A stretch of DNA of 64,000 nucleotides. It comes from Tubiluchus corallicola (lineage: Eukaryota > Animalia > Priapulida). A program made the position numbers and the translations under genes. The stretch covers positions 1 through 64,000 of the forward strand of contig JAQGDQ010000136.1 of NCBI GenBank assembly GCA_030141605.1. Direction: 5' to 3'. This document shows, in pieces, positions 10,634 to 22,478 of the stretch (positions are counted from its first letter, which is position 1; each line of letters opens with the position of its first letter). The notes under the pieces are model-generated. The model was not told the DNA's origin, searched no databases, and saw only the letters and a list, made by a program, of their open reading frames with translations.

Positions 10634-12562
10634 AGAAAAAATATTAAAATGCCAGTGCGTGGCCACCTACATACAAAGTTTGGCCGAACAAGAACCAGCC
10701 AGCCCCAGGATTCGGATTAAATTAGCTACACCACACAATATTGAGAAAGTTTATTTTCGCATTCAATATATAACTGTTGATGTTCTCTTTGATATTTTCA
10801 TGAAAAAAACAAAACCAGTTGTTATCAGAAAGTTTTTAGGACATTTGGCCACCAGAAAATATTCTGGCCATCAGCAATACTTCAGCAATTTGTGAAAAAT
10901 ACGGCCACATTAACAACAATAACGCTTCTGGAATTAAATCCTTTTCGTTCTTATTCATTCTCAATTTCTGCGGCTGAATAATAAATGCTAATAACCTGTT
11001 GATCTGCATGGTTGTTTCTGATTTTATATTGGCAAAATTTTCATACAGACTAGTGATCAATTTAAAATTTAATAGCTGTTATGACTTGACGACATAAGAG
11101 GGCCAAGGAGCCTTTATTTTGACACCTTTAACTATATGTTTCGCTTCAGAGTTAGAGCTGTACACAAAACTTTTATGGCGTTTATATAAAAAAAACTGTG
11201 TCGTTTATCAAACATCTACACATACATGCTTGTTTTCCCTACAGAGTTGATCATGCATACATTATGAATTCATATCACGGGCACTAGGGCATAATAGTTG
11301 TTTTGATATACAACAGCAACAGCATTTTAATAAGTCCTTCGTATTCGTATTAAACTACGGCATTACATGATCCTAATTTCCAAACTGTTATGATTCAAAT
11401 AGTTTCGTCTTTCTCACGCCGGTTTATGTCTGTCTCTCATAAATAATGCATTCGATCATTGTGAACAGAAATTGCGAAGTTACATTTAGATTATTAAACG
11501 TTGCAGAAACTTTTGCAAGCTGTGAATAGATAGCTGAAAGTTATTTCGATTAATTGTTTTGTTGCTAAACAAGCTCGAATAGGATAAGTAGATGTTTTAC
11601 ACAATTTTGTTCAACTGTAGTTGGAAAGGTGGTTCACAAAACGATGTCTGATATGGTAATTTTTATTTCAACCATGATTTTACAAGAAACAATGAGTCAA
11701 TCGTTTTTTAAAACACATATCTTTCTTTGAAGCGTAAAAAAGCTGGGGGCGTGTGACACATATGACTACATAACACTGTTGTTTCATTCGTTCAGTCATT
11801 TTTATTCGCGAGCAAGCTATTCTAAGGGAACATGCATGCTAATTTTCTTATAACTGCCGTTGTCGTTTTTGACACCTGAGGTCAGGGTTCAAGCAAAAGT
11901 GTAACTAAATGCTGGGATTCTTTAAGGACACGAGATAGGAGTCAAAATATGAAAATTAGGACAAACAACTAAGTCACACATAATTAAACCCGCACTACAG
12001 CAGTCATAGTCAAGTTTTGCACACGTGGATTTGGATAAGAATTCATTCATGTTGTACCATTCAAGTGGCTAGTGTTATTGGGTAGAAAAAAATTAAAATA
12101 AAAAACTGATGCCCTCTATATGCCCTCACCATTTCGTGTCACGTTGACATGCTACAGTAGCTTGCAAGTGCTATTATTGTTACTGAGAAGCTTTTGGGAA
12201 TGGCGTGCATATTATCTTCAAAGTTAATATGACAAGAGATCTTCAAGGCTTCAGTGAGCGTGATTGTTGCATGAATTTTGTGCCAGCACTCCAGAGACTT
12301 GCCAGTTCTATAGCGTATGCAAAACAATAACGCTAACAATACGTGGAATAGTGGCGCATTATTGATCATTCATCATTGGGTGACTCTTCAGTTGCATATA
12401 GTGTGGTTTTGCACAATAAGACCCAGCCCATGCATGCAATTTTCAATTGCGCAACTGAAAATTGCAGCATTTTACTGGTGTAAAAAATAAATTGTGCAAC
12501 TGGTGTTAGGGAATTTCAAGACGCTAATTCGTATTTGTGGATTATTAATTTACAAAAAGACA

Positions 12563-12781
12563 AAAAGACGATGGAAATATTGGACCCACCCACTAACTAA
12601 CCAGCGATTACTGAAATGGTAATTCTACGAGCTCTATAAAGATTTACCTACTCACCCGAGTAAACTATTTAGTTATTATCGGATAAGCCCAAATAGTTTT
12701 GAAGAACTACTGAGAATTATTGAACCATTCATCACCTGTAGGAACACCAGCTGGAGAAAAAGCATTCCGGCAGAGCAGCTT
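12563..12781 (+). mobile_element. PIF/Harbinger (HARBI1-like) transposase N-terminal remnant
   Basis: Reads KRRWKYWTHPLTNQRLLKW*FYELYKDLPTHPSKLFSYYRISPNSFEELLRIIEPFITCRNTSWRKSIPAEQL. This fits the recalled Harbinger pattern W.HP...R...G.F..L...L....F..Y.R.S...F..LL..I.P.I...T..R..I.AE..L. It has an in-frame stop and is cut off at about 12785. Confidence 0.8.
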
Positions 12782-13301
12782 TCTCGCAATACAAACTTTT
12801 TTCTATTTCACTTTAGACCCTATAAATGTATTATGTTTCAACAAATGATCAGTTAAGCTTAATGAAAACCCGTGACGTTACGTGCGTCGAAATGACAGGA
12901 ATACAATTAACTTGCATAATTCCAAGATGACGACCCCTTAGAATTCCATGTACTGCAAACTTTTTTGTGGTTCACTTTGGATCCTATAAATGTTTTACAA
13001 ACAGATGGAAACGTGTCATCAAATAATTAGTCAAGCTTAATGAAAACTTGTGATGTCACAGTGACGTTAAAATGAGGTTATACAACGACACTATACACTA
13101 ATTTTTGCCAAAAAGACTTTCAGAATATCTTGAAGGCAGTTTAACAGAATGGGATCTGTTGTATATGAAGCTAAAAACACGCCAAGTGGTGTACCTGACA
13201 TCAGTTGGTGTCTGTACGACGTAATAGGTAAATTCATAGTGTGAGCATTTTAAAATCACAGTCGTAACTTGTAACGCAGAACTGCATTGTCACAGCATTC
13301 T

Positions 13302-14243
13302 TCTTGACTGGTTCTACATACAGTGGTACAAAATAACCCATGCCCTCCATAAGTGAGGCTTTGGGTACATGCTATTGTCCAATTGCAGTTCATCACCTTA
13401 AGTAGATTGAGTGTGGCACGGTTCTTTTCATACGTAATTGGAATAAGGGCATTCTCCTCATTTAGAATTTCCACCACCAGTTATTTAGAATTTGGACCAA
13501 GTTTAATCTCTTTCCGATTATCATATGGTCAAGGTTGCTATTGCCACGCAAAAGACCTAAACTACTACTCTTAAAGGGAAGGCATGAATGTATTGATCAT
13601 CTTCTTGTAACACATGGACCACACTTTGTTTTTGGCAACAAGTGAAGCAAACATTATCCATTTGCAATTTCCGTAAGTTACAATGTCTCTTAAGTAATTA
13701 ATAAATTGTGTTCTTAGCTGCCTTTCATGCATGCATTTATAGGGTGTAACACCACAGCCTTGGGGATGGAAATCTTGACTGGTTCTACATACAGTGGTAC
13801 AAAATAACCCATGCCCTCCATAAGTGAGGCTTTGGGTACATGCTATTGTCCAATTGCAGTTCATCACCTTAAGTAGATTGAGTGTGGCACGGTTCTTTTC
13901 ATACGTAATTGGAATAAGGGCATTCTCCTCATTTAGAATTTCCACCACCAGTTATTTAGAATTTGGACCAAGTTTAATCTCTTTCCGATTATCATATGGT
14001 CAAGGTTGCTATTGCCACGCAAAAGACCTAAACTACTACTCTTAAAGGGAAGGCATGAATGTATTGATCATCTTCTTGTAACACATGGACCACACTTTGT
14101 TTTTGGCAACAAGTGAAGCAAACATTATCCATTTGCAATTTCCGTAAGTTACAATGTCTCTTAAGTAATTAATAAATTGTGTTCTTAGCTGCCTTTCATG
14201 CATGCATTTATAGGGTGTAACACCACAGCCTTGGGGATGGAAA
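13302..14243. repeat. Tandem duplication, 2 x 471 bp (13302-13772, 13773-14243)
   Basis: Identical ORFs at 13353 and 13824 (offset 471); no differences noticed between the copies. Confidence 0.96.
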
Positions 14244-15244
14244 AGTTTTTCTTTGAGAAAGTAATTAGCAGGACGTGCACTTGATTTCATTACAGCTGGC
14301 AATTAAAGGGTATCGCACTATTGATACGTCAGGGAATGGGGCTCCAGTATTTAGTGAAAAAGTTTCAGCCATTCTTTTCTTTGTACCATTCTGCAGACTG
14401 CACGGAAAAATAACTCGTTTCTTTAACATCCTTTTTTACTTCAGAAAAGATGCTTCTGCCACGAAATTTCTTTCATTGAGCTTGTAGTTTCAGACAATGA
14501 CGTGGTTGGAAAGGCAGTAGAACTAGACCAAAATAACGTAGAAGCGTGAAGGGAACAAAATTATTCCAGTTATGTGTGAAAAGACCTTGGCTCACACAAT
14601 CTACTTAAGTTGGTGAATTGTAGCTGCCGAACAGCATGTACCCACGCAGCATGTACTTGTTGGGAGTATGGTATTTCTTGTAGCAGAGTATGTAGAACTA
14701 TATTAAGTGGAATCTTGTGAGATCTCTAATAATCATACTTTTACAGAGCAGGATCATGTTGATACTGATGGCAGTGATGGCAGTTTAGTAACAAGTGAAG
14801 CTGCCTTAGATGTAGTTGTATATGTGCCTGCAGCACAAAGGCTTCAGAACAATTTACAGCATTTTTACCAAGTGGAGGTACATTAGACTTCGCTCTCTCT
14901 CAACTACACCCCTGAGACGTGGTGATGAGTTGTAAAGATGATAATGTGACAATTCAGTTCTGTGTCAGAAGGGACAGCTGCGATTTTAAAACACTCGTTT
15001 AAAACAATTAGTCTCATACTCTGCATGATCATGTGTGCTACGACGTCACACAGACATCAACGGTTGTCATGTTGACCACTTGGGGTGTAACAAACTTCAT
15101 GTGTAAACATATCCCATTCTGTTAAAACTAACTATTTTCGAGATATTCTGAGAGAGTTGGCTTTTTGACAAACGTTAGTGCGTCGACATGCTGATGTCAC
15201 GACATCACAGAGGGTTGAATACTGGTGCCATGTTTCTGTTTTTA

Positions 15245-15253
<9 letters not shown>

Positions 15254-15290
<37 letters not shown>
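15254..15290. repeat. (AT)n microsatellite
   Basis: Direct reading. Confidence 0.9.
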
Positions 15291-15292
<2 letters not shown>

Positions 15293-16155
15293 TCTAAAGT
15301 TAAATAGAAAAAAGTTTATAGTACACTTGGAATAGGGATTGCCATCTTGAAATTATGCAAATTAATCGTGTTCCCGTGGGCCGATTTTGGGAGGCCTATT
15401 CCGAAAAACTCTAGGACCAAAAAACCTTGTGTAGAATTTTTTTGAGGTTCGGGTATTTTGTCACATATTGACCTCCAAATTAATGCATTTATTTGAAAAT
15501 GTTTGGTCACGTTGTTCAACACAAAGCCTACGTCACTGTGAAATTGTAAGATTTAAAAAATATGCGGCCAACATATTCATTATTTCCATTGTTAGTTTTG
15601 TCACAGTTACAACCACGAACCAATACTAAACAAATATGGGTAGCAATTATTAATTTGCGAAATAATTCATTTCACATTTCAATTAGTTGGAGAAACTGAT
15701 TCCGTTATGAGCAAATTTTAATTCAATTTTTTGCCCGCGCATGTCTAACAAAACTCGCCCGACGCGGGGCTATAAATTTCCCCTCGCAAATCGAAACTGA
15801 CTTGTTAGTGTAACGAGCGGGTAATATAATTACTTTAATTTCCTTGCCGCGTAAAATTCATAGCGATAAATCCATTGGAGACCGGTGATCGCGCGTGCAG
15901 CGGTCCCTGATGTGCATAAATGGAAGCTGCAGTTTATGAAGATGGAATATTAATCGAGTAATTGACAGGATTTGATTCGTGAGCGTAGGCGCCATACTGT
16001 AACCAAGTGATAAACTTACAGTTTACAGCAAAACAAGTCGGCAAAAATAAAAACTGTACATTATGCAAAAACTGCACTAAGCTAATCAATAGTTCAACGA
16101 GACCGGCAGCAATGCAAAAATGAGAACTTCGTGACATTATCACCTAACTGTGTTC

Positions 16156-17580
16156 ATTTCAGAATACCACAGCCTATAAAGCCTAGGTATTACGTAGCAA
16201 GTGGTGATTTCAGAATGCCACAGCCTACAAAGCCTAGATATTACGTAGCAAGTGGTGATTTCAGAATACCACAGTCTATAAAGCCTAGGTATTACGTAGC
16301 AAGTGGTTTCAGAATACCACAGCCTATAAAGCCTAGGTATTACGTAGCAAGTGGTGATTTCAGAATACCACAGCCTACAAAGCCTAGGTGTTACGTAGCA
16401 AGTGGTAATTTCAGAATACCACAGCCTACAAAGCCTAGATGTTACGTAGCAAGTGGTGATTTCAGAATACCACAGTCTATAAAGCTTAGGTATTACGTAG
16501 CAAGTGGTGATTTCAGAATACCACAGCCTATAAAGCCTAGGTATTACGTAGCAAGTGGTGATTTCAGAATACCACAGCCTACAAAGCCTAGGTATTACGT
16601 AGCAAGTGGTGATTTCAGAATACCACAGCCTACAAAGCCTAGGTATTACGTAGCAATTGGTGATTTCAGAATACCACAGCCTACAAAGCCTAGGTATTAC
16701 GTAGCAAGTGGTGATTTCAGAATACCACAGCCTACAAAGCCTAGGTATTACGTAGCAAGTGGTGATTTCAGAATACCACAGCCTACAAAGCCTAGGTATT
16801 ACGTAGCAAGTGGTGATTTCAGAATACCACAGCCTACAAAGCCTAGGTATTACGTAGCAATTGGTGATTTCAGAATACCACAGCCTACAAAGCCTAGGTA
16901 TTACGTAGCAATTGGTGATTTCAGAATACCACAGCCTACAAAGCCTAGGTATTACGTAGCAAGTGGTGATTTCAGAATACCACAGCCTACAAAGCCTAGG
17001 TATTACGTAGCAAGTGGTGATTTCAGAATACCACAGCCTACAAAGCCTAGGTATTACGTAGCAAGTGGTAATTTCAGAATACCACAGCCTACAAAGCCTA
17101 GGTATTACGTAGCAATTGGTGATTTCAGAATACCACAGCCTACAAAGCCTAGGTATTACGTAGCAAGTGGTGATTTCAGAATACCACAGCCTACAAAGCC
17201 TAGGTATTACGTAGCAAGTGGTGATTTTAGAATACCACAGCCTACAAAGCCTAGGTATTACGTAGCAAGTGGTGATTTCAGAATACCACAGCCTACAAAG
17301 CCTAGGTATTACGTAGCAATTGGTGATTTCAGAATACCACAGTCTACAAAGCCTAGGTATTACGTAGCAAGTGGTGATTTCAGAATACCACAGCCTACAA
17401 AGCCTAGGTATTACGTAGCAAGTGGTGATTTCAGAATACCACAGCCTACAAAGTCTAGGTATTACGTAGCAAGTGGTAATTTCAGAATACCACAGCCTAT
17501 AAAGCCTAGGTATTAACGTAGCAAGTGGTAATTTCAGAATACCACAGCCCACAAAGCCTAGATATTGCGTAGCAAGTGGT
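16156..17580. repeat. 51-bp minisatellite, about 28 copies
   Basis: Unit CAGAATACCACAGCCTACAAAGCCTAGGTATTACGTAGCAAGTGGTGATTT repeated head-to-tail with no spacers. It explains the 461-aa and 470-aa ORFs with 17-aa periodicity. Confidence 0.97.
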
Positions 17581-18769
17581 TTAACTGTTCAGGTATCAGG
17601 AATTGCCCAAATATTTGAGACTGGCGCATCTGGCCCTGAATATTCTTACTTGTATTATTCATTGTGTTGCAGTGACTTACAAGATCAAGTTTCTCTAATT
17701 ATTTAATGTTTTTATACAGTTTGGCAATTTGCAAGCCGAAATCCATTACTCAGAACAGTGCTTGATACTGGTTCCTCGACTGTAACCCTGCTCATCGTCA
17801 AGAAGAAGTGTTAACGTGGATCACTAGCGATGCCCTAACCGCTTATATATCCGCCCTCGATACAAAAGATGGCACAGGTAGCAGCCCAGAAGTGGTGTTC
17901 CCGGCTGTCACATATCTGCTTTCGAACCAGCCTCGGCGTTGTTTAATCAAGCGCACACAGTGATTATTTGCTTCTTCTCTTACCGTGGATACCGTTAGAT
18001 ACACGAGATCATCTTCACAAAATCGTCGAGCAAACTACTTCAATGAAAAGTGTCGGTTTGCAAGATCAAAAACACGTATTTTATTCACCTTATACACATA
18101 AATTTCATCTTTTCCACTGTCGATGTTTGCTTTAATGTTTACTCGTGTTTCGTTACATTTTTAACTGCAGCAGCTCTGTGACATACATTCTAACTTTCTC
18201 TTAATCTATACTGGTTTCACTTATATCTTGCACGGGTAATCCCTATTTATTAATGTATATTGATCTGTATTCAAACAGATATTCTGCGGTATCGTTTGTA
18301 AAATGGTAAAATGAACATTTCAAGTCGTTCTTATACAGGTTTTCAAAATTTACTTTTAGATCAATCATGTTCAAAGTTATGGCCATAATTTCTCACATCT
18401 AATGACATTTAAATATGTAATCTTGCCTTTGAAAACTGTTGATTTTAAGAAAATCTAAAGTTTTTCATTTTGTCCCCTTTAGTTTTGAATTCATTTTTAA
18501 TAAACAGATTAATCTCATTTTTTATGTACCGTGAACTATCAAGCATCGGTGTGATCAAAAAAGTCAAACAAACAATCTCTAAAATCAGGGTAAAAACCAA
18601 TAAGTCAATAATAACTTTAATGACAAGAAATAAAACAATAAAAACCTTCAAATAAAGAAATCGTTCCAGTACATCATGGTGAAAGAAAAGATGGCATCTT
18701 CGCCTTGTTGTAAAATAGAAATCACTAAATACCACATGCATTTCATAGTAAATTATATAGAGATAGTAA

Positions 18770-20773
18770 ATAATCGAGATTTCCCAAGCTATTGATAGAT
18801 TAGATCCCAATAAAGCAAAAGGCCCTTATGACATCCCAATTACATATTTCAAAATGTCAAAAAACATAATTTTAGCTCCGCTTACAAATCTGTTTAATGC
18901 GTCAATTCTGACTGGGACATTCCCCGACACTTTAAAGCTGGCAAAAGTAATCCCCATATATAAAAAAGATGGTCCAAATGAGCTGAACAACTACCGACCT
19001 ATCTCACTCATATCACCCATTGCCAAAATTTTTGAGTCAATTTTATATAAACGCCTGATGACATATTTAATCAAAAATGATACAATATCATGTTTTCAAT
19101 TCGGTTTCCGCAAAAATCATTCCACAATATTAGCAACTGCTGAAATCATAGACAATCTTCTGACAAACCTAGACAATAAATTACTTACCTGCGGCATTTT
19201 TCTTGATTTAACAAAAGCTTTTGACACCGTTCAACACGACATTTTACTCAACAAAATGGACTATTATGGTATCCGTGGAATCACGCAAAAACTATACCAG
19301 TCATATCTTACGAACAGACACCAGTTTACGGTTGTTGACAATTTTGCCTCTGACCAATGCTCAATACAGTGTGGTGTACCTCAAGGATCCACCTTGGGTC
19401 CACTTCTTTTCCTGATATATATAAATGACCTCCCTCTTTGTACTAACATGCAAACACGACTTTTTGCTGATGACACTAACCTCTTCTTAGCAGACAACGA
19501 TACGCAAAATCTTGAGCTTAGAAGTAATGAAGAATTGATCAAAATTAACACATGGATGCGTACAAATAAGTTAACAGTAAACTATAATAAAACAAAATTT
19601 ATGATCATAAAAAATAAATTTGAAAACAATGAAAACTCCATTATAACAGTATCCATGCAAGACTGTTTATTAGAACGAGTATCAGACAAAATATCTGGGC
19701 GTCTACATAGATGACACCCTTAATTGGTCAACACACATAAAAAAATATTACCTACAAAGTAAGCAAAGTTACAGGTATATTTTTTAAATTGAGGCATTAC
19801 TTGAGCACGGATATACTAAAAATGATTTACTTTGCCATTGTGTACCCACACATTAACTATTGTATCTTATCGTGGGGCACAGCAAAAAAATCTGTTTTAA
19901 AACCACTTACAGCAGCACATAACAAAATTATCAAAACAATGACTTTTGCTGGGTTCCGAGATCATGCTACCCCTTCCTATTATGCTTTGCAATTATTAAA
20001 AATTAATGAAATTTATAAGCTTGAGTTAGCCTAATTCATGTTCAACTATAAAAAGGGCATTCTACCTAAATTATACGGCAATTATTTCAAAAAGATTAGT
20101 GACGTTCACCAGTATTCTACGAGAGCAGCTACCAAACAAAACTATTTTCAGGAAAGATTTAACACAACAAAAGGTCTACAAACTTTAAAACATAATGGTA
20201 CAATTCTATGGAATACTCTTTCAGATGATCTTAAGCAATCGACTAGTATCTATCAGTTAAGTAAATTATATAAATGTCAACTCTTGCAAACTTATTATTG
20301 AGATAAGCGTACAGTATTTTGCCTATCTATCTGCCTATTCATTTTACATCAGATCATCAAAACTCGCTCTGTATTTTTTTTACATTATGCTTGTGTTATA
20401 AAGTAAATTTCAGTTACCATTGTTATTATGTTTCTGATGTCAGATTTTTATTTCAGTTCTTGTTTCAGTCCTTATTTCAGTTATGTTCAGTTTGATTTTT
20501 TATTATTATTATTATGCACTTATTATTACTGTGTATGAATTGTACTAACACATTATAAGCATATCATTATCAATTTTATGTCATTCGTAACAGTTTATTT
20601 ATTATAAGCAGTACTAACACTAATACACTAGCATAGCGCCTATAAAAATGTTCATTACTAACCAAAGGGCAGCTGACTAGATGACCAATTGGTCTTTCGC
20701 TGCCCTTTCTTCACATTTTTGTTGCTAAATTAATTGTATTGTAACTGTGCGTGTGTTAAAAGATAAATAAAAG

Positions 20774-20868
<95 letters not shown>
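18770..20868 (+). mobile_element. 5'-truncated non-LTR retrotransposon (CR1/L2/Crack group) with a disrupted RT ORF2, 3' UTR and (ATT)n tail
   Basis: RT motifs NYRPISL, QFGFR, FLDLTKAFDTV, GVPQGSTLGPLLFLIYINDLP and LFADDT in 18854-19714. Frameshift(s) at about 19690-19745 and a stop at 20032 split the ORF into 19789-20034 and 20038-20301. AATAAA at about 20766 is followed by (ATT)n at 20773-20868. Confidence 0.93.
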
Positions 20869-20871
<3 letters not shown>

Positions 20872-22399
20872 ATATGATCGCCAATGAGGCATAGAGCTAC
20901 GCAGCACTGACAAAAACATGAAAGAAAAAGAATAAAAAACTTACTAACCAATAGATAACAAGTGTAATAAATGTGCTTTTGGGTTGACAATTTTTCTGAG
21001 CACCACTCGCCCATTTTTGTCAACAAGCCACCAGCTTTCCTGGTCGACCTTTCGTCAATCGTCAGGTACCTCAAAAGTGTTAAGTTGACCAATCGCCAAT
21101 ATTTCAAGTCGACGTTTCTTGGTTGATCCTGTTCAGTTGTCAAGTCGCCGTGGCTTTAGCTCATAGTAAAATTCTGCTACATGTATAAGCTTAACAGATA
21201 TTAAAAAAGAAAGAAGCCCATTCCTTAGAGGTAAAAACTCATGCCATAATGCTCATGAAATCACTGTGGGCAAAAAATTATATTACGTGCTGGTTAATAT
21301 TGTCTTAGTAAATTTAAACAGTATATTCGTCAAGTTATTCGAATCAAGTTCATTGACAATTTTTTACTTTGTGGCTTTCTCGTTTGACCTTCTCAGAAGC
21401 AACAGGTTTCCAGTCTTGCGCGGATCTATCCCTGAGACAACTGATTATAACTTCATACGTTTTGATTTTATTCTGCAGACAGTCACACAGGTTCACACAC
21501 GCGGACACAGAAGTAACTAAAAGCCGCATTTACAATGATGAGTATAAGTAAAAACTCTGATCACGCGGCTTCCCAATACAGCTCTAATTAACATTTTTCA
21601 CAATTATGTACTAAATTTCAGAAAAAAATCGGCTTTTCTAAAGTAGTGAAAATTAGAGTGTTTTCGTTTGATGTAGGTTATTTAAATTCTCGGTTATAAT
21701 CATAATACAGTAGTCATAAGTATGCGTATGTGAAATGGTACGACGAGGAATGCGCAATAAAATTATAAACATCAGACAGAATAATTTCAGACAGAGATGG
21801 AAACGCTGCCCCACACTTGTTAGTAATATTGACCATATATCTTCGATCCGACGACGTTAATCCATATCAGGGGAGCGACATCCGACCAATCAAAATAAAT
21901 GCTTAAGGGAGGACATAGAAAAGGGCCTTTTGAAGCCACTTCTGACAACTTTTCGGAGAAACATGCAAGGACAAAATTCAAAGTCACCAAAATGTTATAA
22001 ATATAAATCAGTGGACGTGATTTTATGTAAATCAGAAGATCAAGCATGCACACCAAGTATATAGAAAACTGTAGTTTTGGATCTTGTCCATCTCAGAGTA
22101 TGATAAATACACATGCATTGATTTTGCCAATTCATTTACTCACTAGTCTCAATCTCAACGTCTCTTTGCTGAAACCCATGGGAACAGCTGTTGTGGTGGT
22201 ATAATCTCCACCAGCTTTGTTGGTTTATTGTGTGTCATACAGAAATGGGAAACCGAGAAAGGGTCAGAACAAGAAAGAGTGAGAGCGGGACAGAAGGAGA
22301 GAAAGGGGCGATGAGGGATAGAGAAAGAGAAGACAGGGAAGTGCTGGGCGATAAAAGAAAAGATAAAGAAAAAACAAAAAAGGAGACGGACAAAGAGGC

Positions 22400-22474
<75 letters not shown>
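22400..22474. repeat. (AG)n microsatellite within a purine-rich tract (about 22240-22660)
   Basis: Direct reading. Confidence 0.92.

Positions 22475-22478
<4 letters not shown>

Larger units (their letters stand above)
12790..15490. mobile_element. Two decayed Academ-like (Cys-rich C-terminus) DNA transposon 3' ends in back-to-back orientation, forming a degenerate palindrome
   Basis: Minus 13256-13477 reads LIPITYEKNRATLNLLKVMNCNWTIACTQSLTYGGHGLFCTTVCRTSQEECCDN. Plus about 14450-14715 reads ATKFLSLSL*FQTMTW..KREGNKIIPVMCEKTLA/NLLKLVNCSCRTACTHAACTCWEYGISCSRVCRT. Non-coding arms 12897-13225 and 15040-15375 are diverged reverse complements (e.g. ATCCCATTCTGTTAAA). Outer boundaries are approximate. 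Confidence 0.65.

Noticed and set aside
16131-17552. CRISPR array, or 461/470-aa proteins
   Set aside because: The units are contiguous with no unique spacers and there are no cas genes. The ORFs follow from a stop-free 51-nt (3x17) unit, and the plus-strand ORF starts at GTG in a eukaryote.
18854-20301. Retron, group II intron or DGR reverse transcriptase
   Set aside because: The motifs, C-terminal extension, 5' truncation and (ATT)n tail are those of a eukaryotic non-LTR retrotransposon.
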